Translations under genes and position numbers: made by a program
Notes under the pieces: model-generated
Database searches by the model: none
What the model was told of the DNA's origin: nothing
The model's input: the letters and a program-made list of their open reading frames with translations, nothing else
Part shown: positions 1-8,542 of the stretch, piece by piece
Layout of the letters: every line of letters starts with the position of its first letter
How positions within the stretch are numbered: the first letter of the stretch is position 1
Assembly (NCBI GenBank): GCA_035532555.1
Contig: DATKQS010000024.1
Location: forward strand, 11,225-75,224
Length of the DNA: 64,000 bases
Direction: 5' to 3'
Source of the DNA: Thermoplasmata archaeon
GTDB lineage: Archaea > Thermoplasmatota > Thermoplasmata > Lutacidiplasmatales > UBA184

Positions 1-2
1 CC

Positions 3-797
3 ATTCCGAATCTGGCGGGGGTCGCCGGTGTGTGGGTGGCCGAGAACGAGCGCCGGCTGTTCACCTCGAATCGAGCAGAGGATACCGTTAGCATCATCGA
101 TTTGGACACGACGAAGGAAACCTTCCGGGTTCCGACCGGCTCTCGGCCCAATGGGATGGCCTTCGACCCGGGCCGGGGAGTTCTCTTGGTGGCAGGGGTC
201 GGGAACCCGGAAATCCCCGGGGCCCCACCGACCCTCACCTTCGTGGACACGGCCCGTGGGAGGGTGATCGACCAGCTTCTCGCTCCAGGGAGAACCCGGT
301 GGGCGACCTATCACCCCGCGACTGACTCGTTCTATGTAAACATCGCCGACCCTCCCACCATCGCCGAGGTCAAAGCCTCCGACACCGGTCGGTTGGGCCG
401 TCTCATCCGCGTCCCCGCGAAGGGTCCCCATGGACTGGAACAGGACCCCGGGGGGACGCTCCTGTACTGTGCCTGCGACGAAGGTGTACTCGTGACCGTG
501 GAACTCCCTTCGGGGCGGGCAGAACGCGTCGGCGCCCTCGCGGGCGCTCCGGACGTCCTCTGGCTCAATCTCAAGCGACACCACCTCTACTGCGCGGTCG
601 AAGATCCCGGCGTGATCCACGTATTCGGGCTCGCCCCGTGCCGACTCCTCGAGACGGTGACGACGGCTCGGGGGGCCGGGACGCTGACCCTTGACCCGGC
701 CCGCAACGAAATCCACTCCTTCTGCCCCGACTCTCATGAGGACATCGTTCTCCGGGACCTGGAGGCAGTATCGTTGCTCGGCGGCGCTTCGCGGTGA
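3..797 (+). CDS. YVTN-family beta-propeller repeat protein (5'-partial; begins upstream of the window)
   Basis: ORF 30..797 translation has repeated 'DP/NP...LYV/LLVA' beta-propeller-like units typical of YncE/YVTN repeat proteins. The reading frame is open back to the window edge. Confidence 0.6.
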   Translation: MPNLAGVAGVWVAENERRLFTSNRAEDTVSIIDLDTTKETFRVPTGSRPNGMAFDPGRGVLLVAGVGNPEIPGAPPTLTFVDTARGRVIDQLLAPGRTRWATYHPATDSFYVNIADPPTIAEVKASDTGRLGRLIRVPAKGPHGLEQDPGGTLLYCACDEGVLVTVELPSGRAERVGALAGAPDVLWLNLKRHHLYCAVEDPGVIHVFGLAPCRLLETVTTARGAGTLTLDPARNEIHSFCPDSHEDIVLRDLEAVSLLGGASR

Positions 798-1202
798 ATC
801 CGATCGGACCCGGTTCGAATCGCGCGGGCGACGAGGCGGTGGTGTGGAACGGTGCGAGCCACCCTCCAGAAGACGCCGGCGCGAGTCTCGAAAAGGCGAC
901 TGCCACCCGGGATCCCACCGACCGAAGGGACCATACGGGACCAACCGTCCCCCCTCAGTTGTCGAGGGTGGACGGATGGTTAATCCCAGAATGGATTGCG
1001 ATCTGGCTCCCGACCTGCACGCGACGAGGCAGCTCCTCAAACGGGGTCTTGCTTGGACCGACCTGGAAAGAGCGGTCCGGGAGGGTTCCTGGCGGCCCGA
1101 GGGCGAGAACCGGTTCGACGTTGCGTACGGGCGATGGCATCTGAAGGTCCGCGCGGGCCGGTGTACCCTTAAGGTCTCGACCGGCTTTCCGGAGGACCGA
1201 CG

Positions 1203-1478
1203 ATGAGCGCGAAAGGGAAGCGTCTCCAGGGGAAGTCATGCCCCGAGTGCGGGGGTGTCCTGCTGGAAGAGGTTCGTCCGTTTTCCATGGAGCGTGTCTT
1301 CTTCGGCAACTACCCGTTCTGGGTCTGTTCCAAGTGCGGGGAGGTTCTGACACCACCCGAGACCTACAGCGTTTTGAAGAAGGTGGCGCGGGCCAAGGGA
1401 CTGTTCGGACATGGAGCAGCCAGCCTCGAAGTGCCTCACCCGGTGACGCCCGCCAGGGGTCTGAAGGCCCCGGCGTAG
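1203..1478 (+). CDS. YgiT/MqsA-type zinc-finger protein (CPxCG...CxxCGE)
   Basis: 91 aa with the motifs CPECGG...FWVCSKCGE, matching the YgiT-type zinc-finger signature. Confidence 0.6.
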   Translation: MSAKGKRLQGKSCPECGGVLLEEVRPFSMERVFFGNYPFWVCSKCGEVLTPPETYSVLKKVARAKGLFGHGAASLEVPHPVTPARGLKAPA

Positions 1479-1493
1479 GCTTCGCCGGCTCGG

Positions 1494-1755
1494 ATGAGGA
1501 AGGCGGTTCGCGACAAAGTCTGCCCCGAGTGCGGGGGGGCCCATCCTCCGTGGGAAGGAGGCATTCACCTTCCGCGGGGTCAACCTCGGGGCGTTCGAGG
1601 TCCGCATCTGCGGGCGGTGCGGGGAATCGTCCTTCACGCCCGCGGGCTCGAGAGCCATTGACCGAGCCGCGAAGGCGAAGGGGCTCTTCGGAACCGATGC
1701 GGAAGAGAACGCTCACTCCGCCCTTCACCCAAGGTCCACCCGAGCCCACACGTAG
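1494..1755 (+). pseudogene. Second YgiT-type zinc-finger paralog, frameshifted at a G7 homopolymer (1533-1539)
   Basis: ATG at 1494 gives MRKAVRDKVCPECGG, then runs off-frame after the G7 run. The -1 frame continues as ...FTFRGVNLGAFEVRICGRCGESSFTPAGSRAIDRAAKAKGLFG..., with the same architecture as the upstream gene, and reaches a stop at 1753-1755. Confidence 0.55.
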
Positions 1756-2233
1756 GTCACGTACCTCGCCGCCTTCGAGTCAGTGGTTCCCTGCTCCTGC
1801 ACTCATCGCGCTCCTCTCATCGACCACGCGGTCCCTTCTTGAAGTCCGCGCAGCGACTGCCGCCCGCGCGAACATCAAGAGGGCCCGGCCTCGGTCCTCG
1901 CTGGCACCGCTCGGCCTGAGGCCTGCGCGCTCGCTCCGCGTCGATGACCACAACGAGCGCGCAACGCGCCTCCGAGTTCGATGCCGCGAACCCCTTCGCC
2001 GAACTTTAGCCCACCCGAGCGAAACGCGCGCCGTTCCGCGCGAACCGGCCGGAGGCCACGACCACGCATGCGCGGTGGCTCGCTAACGCGGTTCCGAGTC
2101 GCGCGTGGTGTTCAAGGAAAAGGGCGACGAGGAGACGGGCGAGACCCGCTGTTTCAGCACCTTGGGAGTGACGAGCGACCGCGCCAACCGGACGAAGTGC
2201 GCGGAGGACCGAGAGGTCGCGCGGTGGCCCGCA

Positions 2234-2534
2234 GAAGTTCGATCGTGCAGATCGGCATCGGAGGAGACTACGGACCACTACACTGATCCGTGGCCATTCG
2301 CGTCAGTCGTCAGGAAAGTGGTTCGTAGTAGTACTCACCGACTGACGAGAGCCCGGCCCTTTTCGACGCTCATCCGACCGGCCTACTCGGTGCAAGAGAT
2401 CGCTAACTCCCTGACTGAAACGTGCCGACGAACCCACTTCGGTCCTCCACCGAAGGCGGCGAACCGTTTCCCCGGGGCGACGGGAGATCCGTCCCCCGGG
2501 ACCAACCCAGCCGCTCGAAGTCGGCTCCGCGAGT
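2234..2534. repeat. Repeat copy A: left part is ~88% identical to 29144-29250 and right part is ~80% identical to 15681-15906. It contains a pseudo-copy of the last 9 codons plus stop of ABCE1.
   Basis: Direct alignment of the three regions. The shared core is caggaaagtggttcgtagtagtactc at 2311-2336, which is the reverse complement of ...EYYYEPLS*. The plus-strand ORFs 2105..2554 and 15690..15908 across the repeats show no excess of synonymous changes and are probably not coding. Confidence 0.8.
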
Positions 2535-2673
2535 CCGATGCTCGCCGCGGGTAGTCGGTTTGTTTGGGTCCACGCGGACTTGAACCGACGACCTCCCGGC
2601 TCCGAGCCGGTCCACTCACCCTCGCCTACGCGAAATGCCACTCGGAGGGCCGGGGTTGCACCCTCGTTCCGCT

Positions 2674-3735
2674 TCAAGCAGTCGATGCCGGAATCGGATC
2701 AAGCGGGTGGGCCCTCGTACGTGCCGGTGGTACCTGGTCCGCATACCCAAGGCTCGCTTTGAAACGGTCGATCGCTCCGGTCTCCAAAGGAGCCGATCGG
2801 AGGCGGTCGGCAAGGAAGAGGCTGAAGAAGTCGCCGAGAACGACGCCCCCGAGCGTGTACTCCAGCGAATCGTTCCCAGGGAGTCGAACGACCCGGGCGA
2901 ACGCCGCCCGCCGGCGCACCAAGCGCTCGAAGTGGACACACCCCTGAGCGACCGGTCGCAATGTCTGCGCACAAGTCAGAAGGATAACGCCCCACCGATT
3001 GGCGTCGGAACTCGGGAGCGCATCCCAGCCGGCAATCGCGTTGTGAAACGCACCGGGAAGCTCATCTAACATCGCGAGGCGCTTGGCATTCTCTTCCACC
3101 CCCGTTTTCCAGCGGCGGGCGATCGGCAGGAGACCGGCCTCGGCGTAGATGATCGGGGTCCTTCGCCCGAGAGCCTCAGCGAGAGCTGCGGCCGGACCCC
3201 GAGGACTCGCGTACCGACTCCGCATCCTGTGGATCCGCCGAACCGTGCCGGCGATCCGATCCGCATTCGATACGGCCAGCCAGGAATCGAACAGTCCGAG
3301 GAGCCCCCCTAGGGCGGACCCGACGGTGGTCCGCGGGGGCCGATCGGGAGCGAGCCGAAAGATCGGGACTCCCTCTCGGTCCGCGCGTTCGTGCAGTTGG
3401 CCCCCGGCTGTGAAGACGATACGACACGCGCCGCGCCGTCCGGCCTCCTCGTACGCGCGCAGTACCTCCCAGGTCTCTCCTGAATGACTCGAGAGGATCA
3501 CAACCGAGCCGGGGCCATGCTCGGGAGGAAGCGAGGGGCCTCGGACCACCCGGATCGGCAAGCCTCCCTCTCCGCCGAGGACGACGCTCGCAAGCTCCCC
3601 TGCAGTAGCGGATCCCCCCATGCCGACGATGATCACCGGGGCCCGAGGGATGCGAAGGGCCGAGCCTGACAGGCATGCTCCTTCGCGGAATCCGGGCTCG
3701 ATATGATCGGGCAGCTCGCCGAGGAAGGTGCGCAT
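2674..3735 (-). CDS. SIS-domain bifunctional phosphoglucose/phosphomannose isomerase (archaeal PGI/PMI type)
   Basis: SIS-fold motifs (VIIVGMGGSATAGELASVV..., VVILSSHSGETWEVL) with a PGI/PMI C-terminal region. Start chosen at Met127 of the long ORF (MRTFLGELP); the ATG complement is at 3733-3735. The upstream part of the ORF is Arg-rich junk. Confidence 0.7.
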   Translation of the reverse strand: MRTFLGELPDHIEPGFREGACLSGSALRIPRAPVIIVGMGGSATAGELASVVLGGEGGLPIRVVRGPSLPPEHGPGSVVILSSHSGETWEVLRAYEEAGRRGACRIVFTAGGQLHERADREGVPIFRLAPDRPPRTTVGSALGGLLGLFDSWLAVSNADRIAGTVRRIHRMRSRYASPRGPAAALAEALGRRTPIIYAEAGLLPIARRWKTGVEENAKRLAMLDELPGAFHNAIAGWDALPSSDANRWGVILLTCAQTLRPVAQGCVHFERLVRRRAAFARVVRLPGNDSLEYTLGGVVLGDFFSLFLADRLRSAPLETGAIDRFKASLGYADQVPPARTRAHPLDPIPASTA

Positions 3736-3874
3736 CTGGTCTAGCTCGCTCACCCCAGGGCGAACCGGGGCTAGCGACGGTGAGGAGAATGATTGCGACG
3801 GGGCCTTGCTAGACGAACCGTCGGCGAGCCGGTCCGCTCGTCTCCGGTGGCGGCCGCGCCGGCCAGGGTGCCCC

Positions 3875-5908
3875 TCATCGAACCGCCGGTACATGCGGCG
3901 ACGCTCCCCTCCCTTCTCGGCCCGTCTTCGCGTGCCCGTTCTCCGAATACTGCCTTCGCAGTTGCTCGAATCGACGGGATGCAAAAACGAGGCGCTGCCC
4001 ACCTGTTTCGGTGCGGAATTCGTCCTCCGAAGTCCCTCGACGACGGGCGTGCGCGTTCCGGACGAGGCCCGCGAGCTGCAGGTACGTCGCGAGGAGGGGA
4101 TATGCGATCGCATTCAGCATTCGGATCCCCGTTGGGGCTCGTTGAGTCGCGATGCCGCCCGGCGATCGGGTCCGCGAGTCGTAGAGATAGGGGAGCTCGG
4201 CGCGCATCCACCCGGCGGAGGCCAACACTCCACGATAGTACTCCTCCCCATGGAGCACGTGGACGCTCAGAGCCTCACGGGCAAAGAGCAGATCGCGCGG
4301 TCGCGCGAACTCGGGAGACACCGCGCGATCTTCGAGCACGTAGTTGAGGCACGGGGTCGGGCCTCGGAGGGGAGCCGGTCGTCGCCGCGAGAGGAACAGC
4401 GAGAAGTACGCCCGAGCAAGGAACCACCAGAGCGCGCCGGACCGGGTCACGACGAACAGATCGAGGTCGTCGTCCGGGAGCGGCTCATCGAACGCCACCG
4501 AGCCCGTGATACCGATGCAGCGGACGAGATCCCTACTGAAGGAGAGTGGCCCGCGCCAAAGGGAGTCGGCGAACTGACGAAACTCGAACGCGCGGGGGCC
4601 CCGGTCTCCGGTGGGACTCACGGGCGTCGTCGGCGCGTATGCCTGCGCGTTCCGTACCTGCGCGAGCCACGGTCGCTCTCGGAGCCAGCGTTCGAGCGCG
4701 TCGACGCTCTCCGGTCCGTTGGCGGGGAGGAGCCGCTGGAGTCTCTCAAGGGGGATGCCGGTCCCGAACTCGCCTGCGACGAGAAGAAGCGACGCCACCC
4801 GGCGCTCCGTTGGGGTGGCGCCTGACGCCCCATCGAAGCTGGTCGACGATGACGTGCCCTGGGCGCCCGGCGGGGGCGTGGAGGAACCAATGCGCCGCCA
4901 ACGTACGTGGTCCCGTCGAGGCGGCAGCCGATCCCACGCCGCCAGACCATGGGCCGCGAGTTCCCACGTCGCCAGTCGGGCCAAGTGTCCAAGCCCCCCT
5001 TCGCGGTCAATCATCCCTCGGACCACTCGGACCGTGGCCGCCGGGTGGCGAAGGAACTCGCGGGGAATCGTCGCCGGGGCGTCCCCCAATACGGAGGAGA
5101 CCTGGGCATTGCCGACGTGGATTCGTCGCCGCTGGTGGAGATGGTCGCGCACCTCAGAGGGAACCCGGATCGAAACTCGGGCGTCAGGCGCGTACCACCC
5201 GCCCCCGGCATGCTGCGACAGCCAGACGGCGAGGTACGATCCGTCGTTGATAATCCCGTCTGGGATGGCTGGCACGCTCGGCAGACTTACGAGGAGCAGC
5301 TCGTCGGAAAGATGGCGACCCTCCCCGCGGGCGAGCAGCTCCGCATGGAACTCGTGGTGGAGGTCCCACATCCATCGGAACGTGGGGGCCCACCGCCCCG
5401 GCGCATCGTCCGGGACCACCGGACGCGCCATCACCGCATACGGAGCTGCCCGTGCTGCCCCGACCCGTACGAGTTCCGCGATTGCTCCGGGCTCGGCTCG
5501 GGCATCGCCATTGAGCAGCACAAGGGCATTCCCTTCGGCCCGCCGGAACACCTCTTGGAGGGCCCGGGCCTTTCCCCGGCGTTCCGGCTCCGTGATCAAG
5601 CGCACCCGGCGATCCTCTGACACAAGTCGCTCCGCGATCTCTACGGTCCGGTCCGCGCAGCCGCTCGCGACAATCCACAGGTCATTCCACCGAACGTCCG
5701 AAGGCAGTTCTTGGTCGAGTAGCGAGCGCACGGCCCCCTCGAGGTTCTGCTCCTCGTTGTAAGCGACGATCCCCCCGGAGAGGTTCGTTGGCGACTTCTC
5801 CTCGTACGTAAGGTTGTAGCCGGCAGACAGCCGAGGTGCGCTCGAGACCGACACGTTACTCTCGCCCCAAGCGGAGCGATGGCCCCACATCTGCCGGAAG
5901 CCGCGCAC
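3875..5908 (-). CDS. Family-2 glycosyltransferase fused to a C-terminal minimal nucleotidyltransferase (Pol-beta-like) domain
   Basis: N-terminal GT2 signature (GGIVAYNEEQNLEGAVRSL...LWIVASGCADRT...LLNGDA). The C-terminus has GITGSVAFDEPLPDDDLDLFVVT, the GS-x9-D-x-D nucleotidyltransferase motif. The start codon is uncertain. Confidence 0.65.
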   Translation of the reverse strand: MRGFRQMWGHRSAWGESNVSVSSAPRLSAGYNLTYEEKSPTNLSGGIVAYNEEQNLEGAVRSLLDQELPSDVRWNDLWIVASGCADRTVEIAERLVSEDRRVRLITEPERRGKARALQEVFRRAEGNALVLLNGDARAEPGAIAELVRVGAARAAPYAVMARPVVPDDAPGRWAPTFRWMWDLHHEFHAELLARGEGRHLSDELLLVSLPSVPAIPDGIINDGSYLAVWLSQHAGGGWYAPDARVSIRVPSEVRDHLHQRRRIHVGNAQVSSVLGDAPATIPREFLRHPAATVRVVRGMIDREGGLGHLARLATWELAAHGLAAWDRLPPRRDHVRWRRIGSSTPPPGAQGTSSSTSFDGASGATPTERRVASLLLVAGEFGTGIPLERLQRLLPANGPESVDALERWLRERPWLAQVRNAQAYAPTTPVSPTGDRGPRAFEFRQFADSLWRGPLSFSRDLVRCIGITGSVAFDEPLPDDDLDLFVVTRSGALWWFLARAYFSLFLSRRRPAPLRGPTPCLNYVLEDRAVSPEFARPRDLLFAREALSVHVLHGEEYYRGVLASAGWMRAELPYLYDSRTRSPGGIATQRAPTGIRMLNAIAYPLLATYLQLAGLVRNAHARRRGTSEDEFRTETGGQRLVFASRRFEQLRRQYSENGHAKTGREGRGASPHVPAVR

Positions 5909-6004
5909 GCGATTCGGTCACCACGCTCCAATCGAGGGGGGCCACGACGAGCTCAGTGTCGGCGCTTCCGAGCCGTCCCGCCGACAGAATCGATCGCGGC
6001 AGAG

Positions 6005-6982
6005 CTACTCCTCCGCATACTCGCTGTCGGAGAGTTGCTGCCGGACTCGGCGCGCTCCGACGGCGATGATAACCGAGACGACTCCCGCGAGACTCCCCAC
6101 GACCACAAGCTCGTAGAGGGGGATGCCCGCGATGGATGAGGGAACCGGAATCCCGATCACGGCCGCGTACCGAAGGGAGGAAAACTCTCCTGCCCCGGAG
6201 CCGATCGTCAGGTTGACCGACGCGAAGCTCGGAGTCAGCCGGATGAGGGGTACGACACCGACCGGCTCTGTGCGGCCCCCGACGCCGGCCGCGGTGGCGT
6301 TGTCCGAGAGCACCAGATACTCCCGGAGGGCTCCGGTCGCGGTGGACGAGCTTGTGATCTCGAGCGCGTCCGGGCCGGATGCGCCGAGACGCTCGGTGGA
6401 GGCGAATGCGGGCCAGACGGGAAGGTTCACGACGAGATGATCTCCCGAGGCCTGCCAGGTCCAGTTGGAGATTTGGAGAAGCGCCTCGACCGAGCTCGCA
6501 TTCCCTTCGTAGGCGTCGCCCCCTCCGGCGAGGATGTAGTCCACTTGGACCTCGGTCGTTCCGATCGGCGGTGCGGGTGCGCCGGGGACCACGAGCACCA
6601 GATCGGCGGTGTAGGCGAGGTCGAACTCGCTCGGGGTGCTCGCGTTCCGGAGCGTCCAGTTAGCTCCTGCCCAGTCGGCGAGGGCGACCACTTGGCCCGC
6701 CGGACTGACCTCGGCGATCCCCGCGACACCGGAGGAGAGGCCCGACTGCGGGACGTCCACCGCCGCGACCGCGACCGATGGGCTGGTCAGGTTGAAGTCG
6801 CACGCCACGAGTCCGTTGTTCCATCCGAGCGATGTCGACGGGGTCCACCGTCCCGAGGCGCCTTGCGCGGCGGCGAGCGGAGAGATCGCAACGATGAGTG
6901 CGAGGGTCACCGCAAACCCCGCCATCGCGAGGGCGACGGGAGCGGTGGCCCGGGCCCGGCTCCTCCTGCCATCTGCGATCAT
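6005..6982 (-). CDS. Secreted or surface-anchored glycoprotein: N-terminal signal with twin-Arg and hydrophobic segment, many N-x-S/T sequons, C-terminal TM anchor
   Basis: MIADGRRSRARATAPVALAMAGFAVTLALIVAISPLAAAQG signal peptide. At least 10 NxS/T sequons (NLTS, NWTL, NASTP, NASS, NWTW, NATA, NLTI...). C-terminal LYELVVVGSLAGVVSVIIAVGARRVRQQ anchor. The composition is Thr/Ser/Ala-rich. Confidence 0.65.
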   Translation of the reverse strand: MIADGRRSRARATAPVALAMAGFAVTLALIVAISPLAAAQGASGRWTPSTSLGWNNGLVACDFNLTSPSVAVAAVDVPQSGLSSGVAGIAEVSPAGQVVALADWAGANWTLRNASTPSEFDLAYTADLVLVVPGAPAPPIGTTEVQVDYILAGGGDAYEGNASSVEALLQISNWTWQASGDHLVVNLPVWPAFASTERLGASGPDALEITSSSTATGALREYLVLSDNATAAGVGGRTEPVGVVPLIRLTPSFASVNLTIGSGAGEFSSLRYAAVIGIPVPSSIAGIPLYELVVVGSLAGVVSVIIAVGARRVRQQLSDSEYAEE

Positions 6983-7060
6983 TGCGAAGGATGCGAGACG
7001 CTCCCAAGGTAACCCCTTTTTTGGTCCAAGTACGGAATCCATTGGTTCAGAGGCGCACCG

Positions 7061-7588
7061 CTATCGACGAAACAACTCAGACCAGGTTTCGAAGGCCCGT
7101 TCCACCCACTCGTCCGCCGGCCCGCTCCGGTACGTGACGAGGATTCGCGCGACACCCGCCGCATCGGTGACCTCGAACGTTCGGAGGCGACCTTCGCGTC
7201 CGGGTCGAACGACCCCGGTTTCGACGAGCCGTCGCAGATGGACCGAGAGGCGGCCGGCGCTCAAACCAGTTCGAACCTTCAGATCGGGAACGGTCTGGTG
7301 CGGAGTCTTGAGCAGCGCGATGAGGAGTCGGCGCGCCGACGCCGATCGCATGAGACGCAGGATGCGACGGTCGCCGAGCGGCACGCTCGCCACGAAGTAA
7401 TGGTCCTGGCGCTCGCTGCGCTCGCGATGGAGCAACCCCGACCCGGTAAGTCGATCGAGGTGATAGACCGTCTCGCCCCAACCCGTCCCGGCCTTTCGCT
7501 GGGCTTCCCGTCCGCTCAGCCCCGGAGTTCTCCGAACCGCGTCGTAAATGCGTCTTCGGGTCTCGAGGGCGAGCGGGTCCTCCTCCAT
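7061..7588 (-). CDS. Winged-helix (ArsR/MarR-like, tandem wHTH) transcriptional regulator
   Basis: Two HTH-like segments: RRRIYDAVRRTPGLSGREAQRKAG...VYHLDRL, and RRLLIALLKTPHQTVPDLKVRTGLSAGRLSVHLRRLVETG. Confidence 0.6.
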   Translation of the reverse strand: MEEDPLALETRRRIYDAVRRTPGLSGREAQRKAGTGWGETVYHLDRLTGSGLLHRERSERQDHYFVASVPLGDRRILRLMRSASARRLLIALLKTPHQTVPDLKVRTGLSAGRLSVHLRRLVETGVVRPGREGRLRTFEVTDAAGVARILVTYRSGPADEWVERAFETWSELFRR

Positions 7589-7591
7589 CGG

Positions 7592-7906
7592 CTAGCGGCG
7601 GCGGGGCCAGAGCGTGGTCGCCAAAAACAGAAGCGATGCGAGGAGCGCGAGCGTGAGGACGGGGAGTGCGGCGTCCGCGAACGACGGCGGGCCGACCGGT
7701 AACTGCCCCCACGTCCACACCGCTCCGAGGGCCGCTAGGACGAGGTTCGCCGAGGCGATGAGGAGAAATCTCGCATCCCGCACTCGGGTCCACGCCGCCA
7801 CGGTGACGCCGGCATTGATGGCAGAGACTCCCACGATCAGAATCGCGACGAACAGCTCGGCGAGACCCATGGAACGCAGGATGGGGCCCCCCCGGGTTAA
7901 AGCCAT
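7592..7906 (-). CDS. Small integral membrane protein (3 TM)
   Basis: Hydrophobic helices (LAELFVAILIVGVSAINAGV..., LLIASANLVLAALGAVWTW..., LPVLTLALLASLLFLATTLW). Start taken at the internal Met (MALTRGG). Adjacent to and co-directional with the wHTH regulator. Confidence 0.45.
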   Translation of the reverse strand: MALTRGGPILRSMGLAELFVAILIVGVSAINAGVTVAAWTRVRDARFLLIASANLVLAALGAVWTWGQLPVGPPSFADAALPVLTLALLASLLFLATTLWPRRR

Positions 7907-7998
7907 CGACTCGCCGAACGGGTTTGGACCAAGTAATTCCGTGTTTGGACCAAAAAGAGAGTGACACCCTCGACCACTCGACCGTTCGGAGCGATCGC

Positions 7999-8472
7999 AT
8001 GACGAGCATTCGGGACCGACTTGCAGATCCGGCCTTCTACTCACTCCCGTTCTTCCTCGCGTTCGCCCTCTCGGTGGTCATGCTGGCCACCGACAAGAAT
8101 CTCCAGACGAACTTCGGCACGGTCTCGAGCGGCTACTACTTCCATTGGTACGTCGTGCTGGTCACCGCCGTCGCGGAGATCGCCGGCGCGGTGCTCCTGC
8201 TCGTTGTTCGTTCCCGCGCCGCGTTCATCGGCGGGGTGATCGGCTCCGGCCTCCTGGCAGCGATCTTCCTCGGCGATATCTTCGCGTACAGCCAGGTCGG
8301 ATTCTCTTCGATGACCGACTTCGCGAACTACCTCTTCGGGATCACCTACTACGGGGGCAACATCCGCTACCTGTATGATGTCCTGCTCGCCGTCTATCTC
8401 GCGACGTTCCTCTTCGGACTGGTCGCGCTCGCCTTGACGCGACGGCCCCGGGCGAGCCCTCCGCGCGCGTGA
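7999..8472 (+). CDS. Integral membrane protein (4 TM), unknown function
   Basis: Hydrophobic profile. Start taken at MTSIRDRL. Confidence 0.45.
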   Translation: MTSIRDRLADPAFYSLPFFLAFALSVVMLATDKNLQTNFGTVSSGYYFHWYVVLVTAVAEIAGAVLLLVVRSRAAFIGGVIGSGLLAAIFLGDIFAYSQVGFSSMTDFANYLFGITYYGGNIRYLYDVLLAVYLATFLFGLVALALTRRPRASPPRA

Positions 8473-8542
8473 TCGGCGGAGCGATCGTTCGATCGGGGTT
8501 CGCGACCCACGGGGCGAGCGATCCCCGAAGCAGGTCGGCATC

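Noticed and set aside
2105-2554. Plus-strand ORFs across repeat copies A and B (2105..2554, 15690..15908) that appear conserved at the protein level
   Set aside because: The conservation is explained by nucleotide identity of the repeats. Amino-acid identity (~76%) is not higher than nucleotide identity (~80%), so there is no sign of purifying selection.
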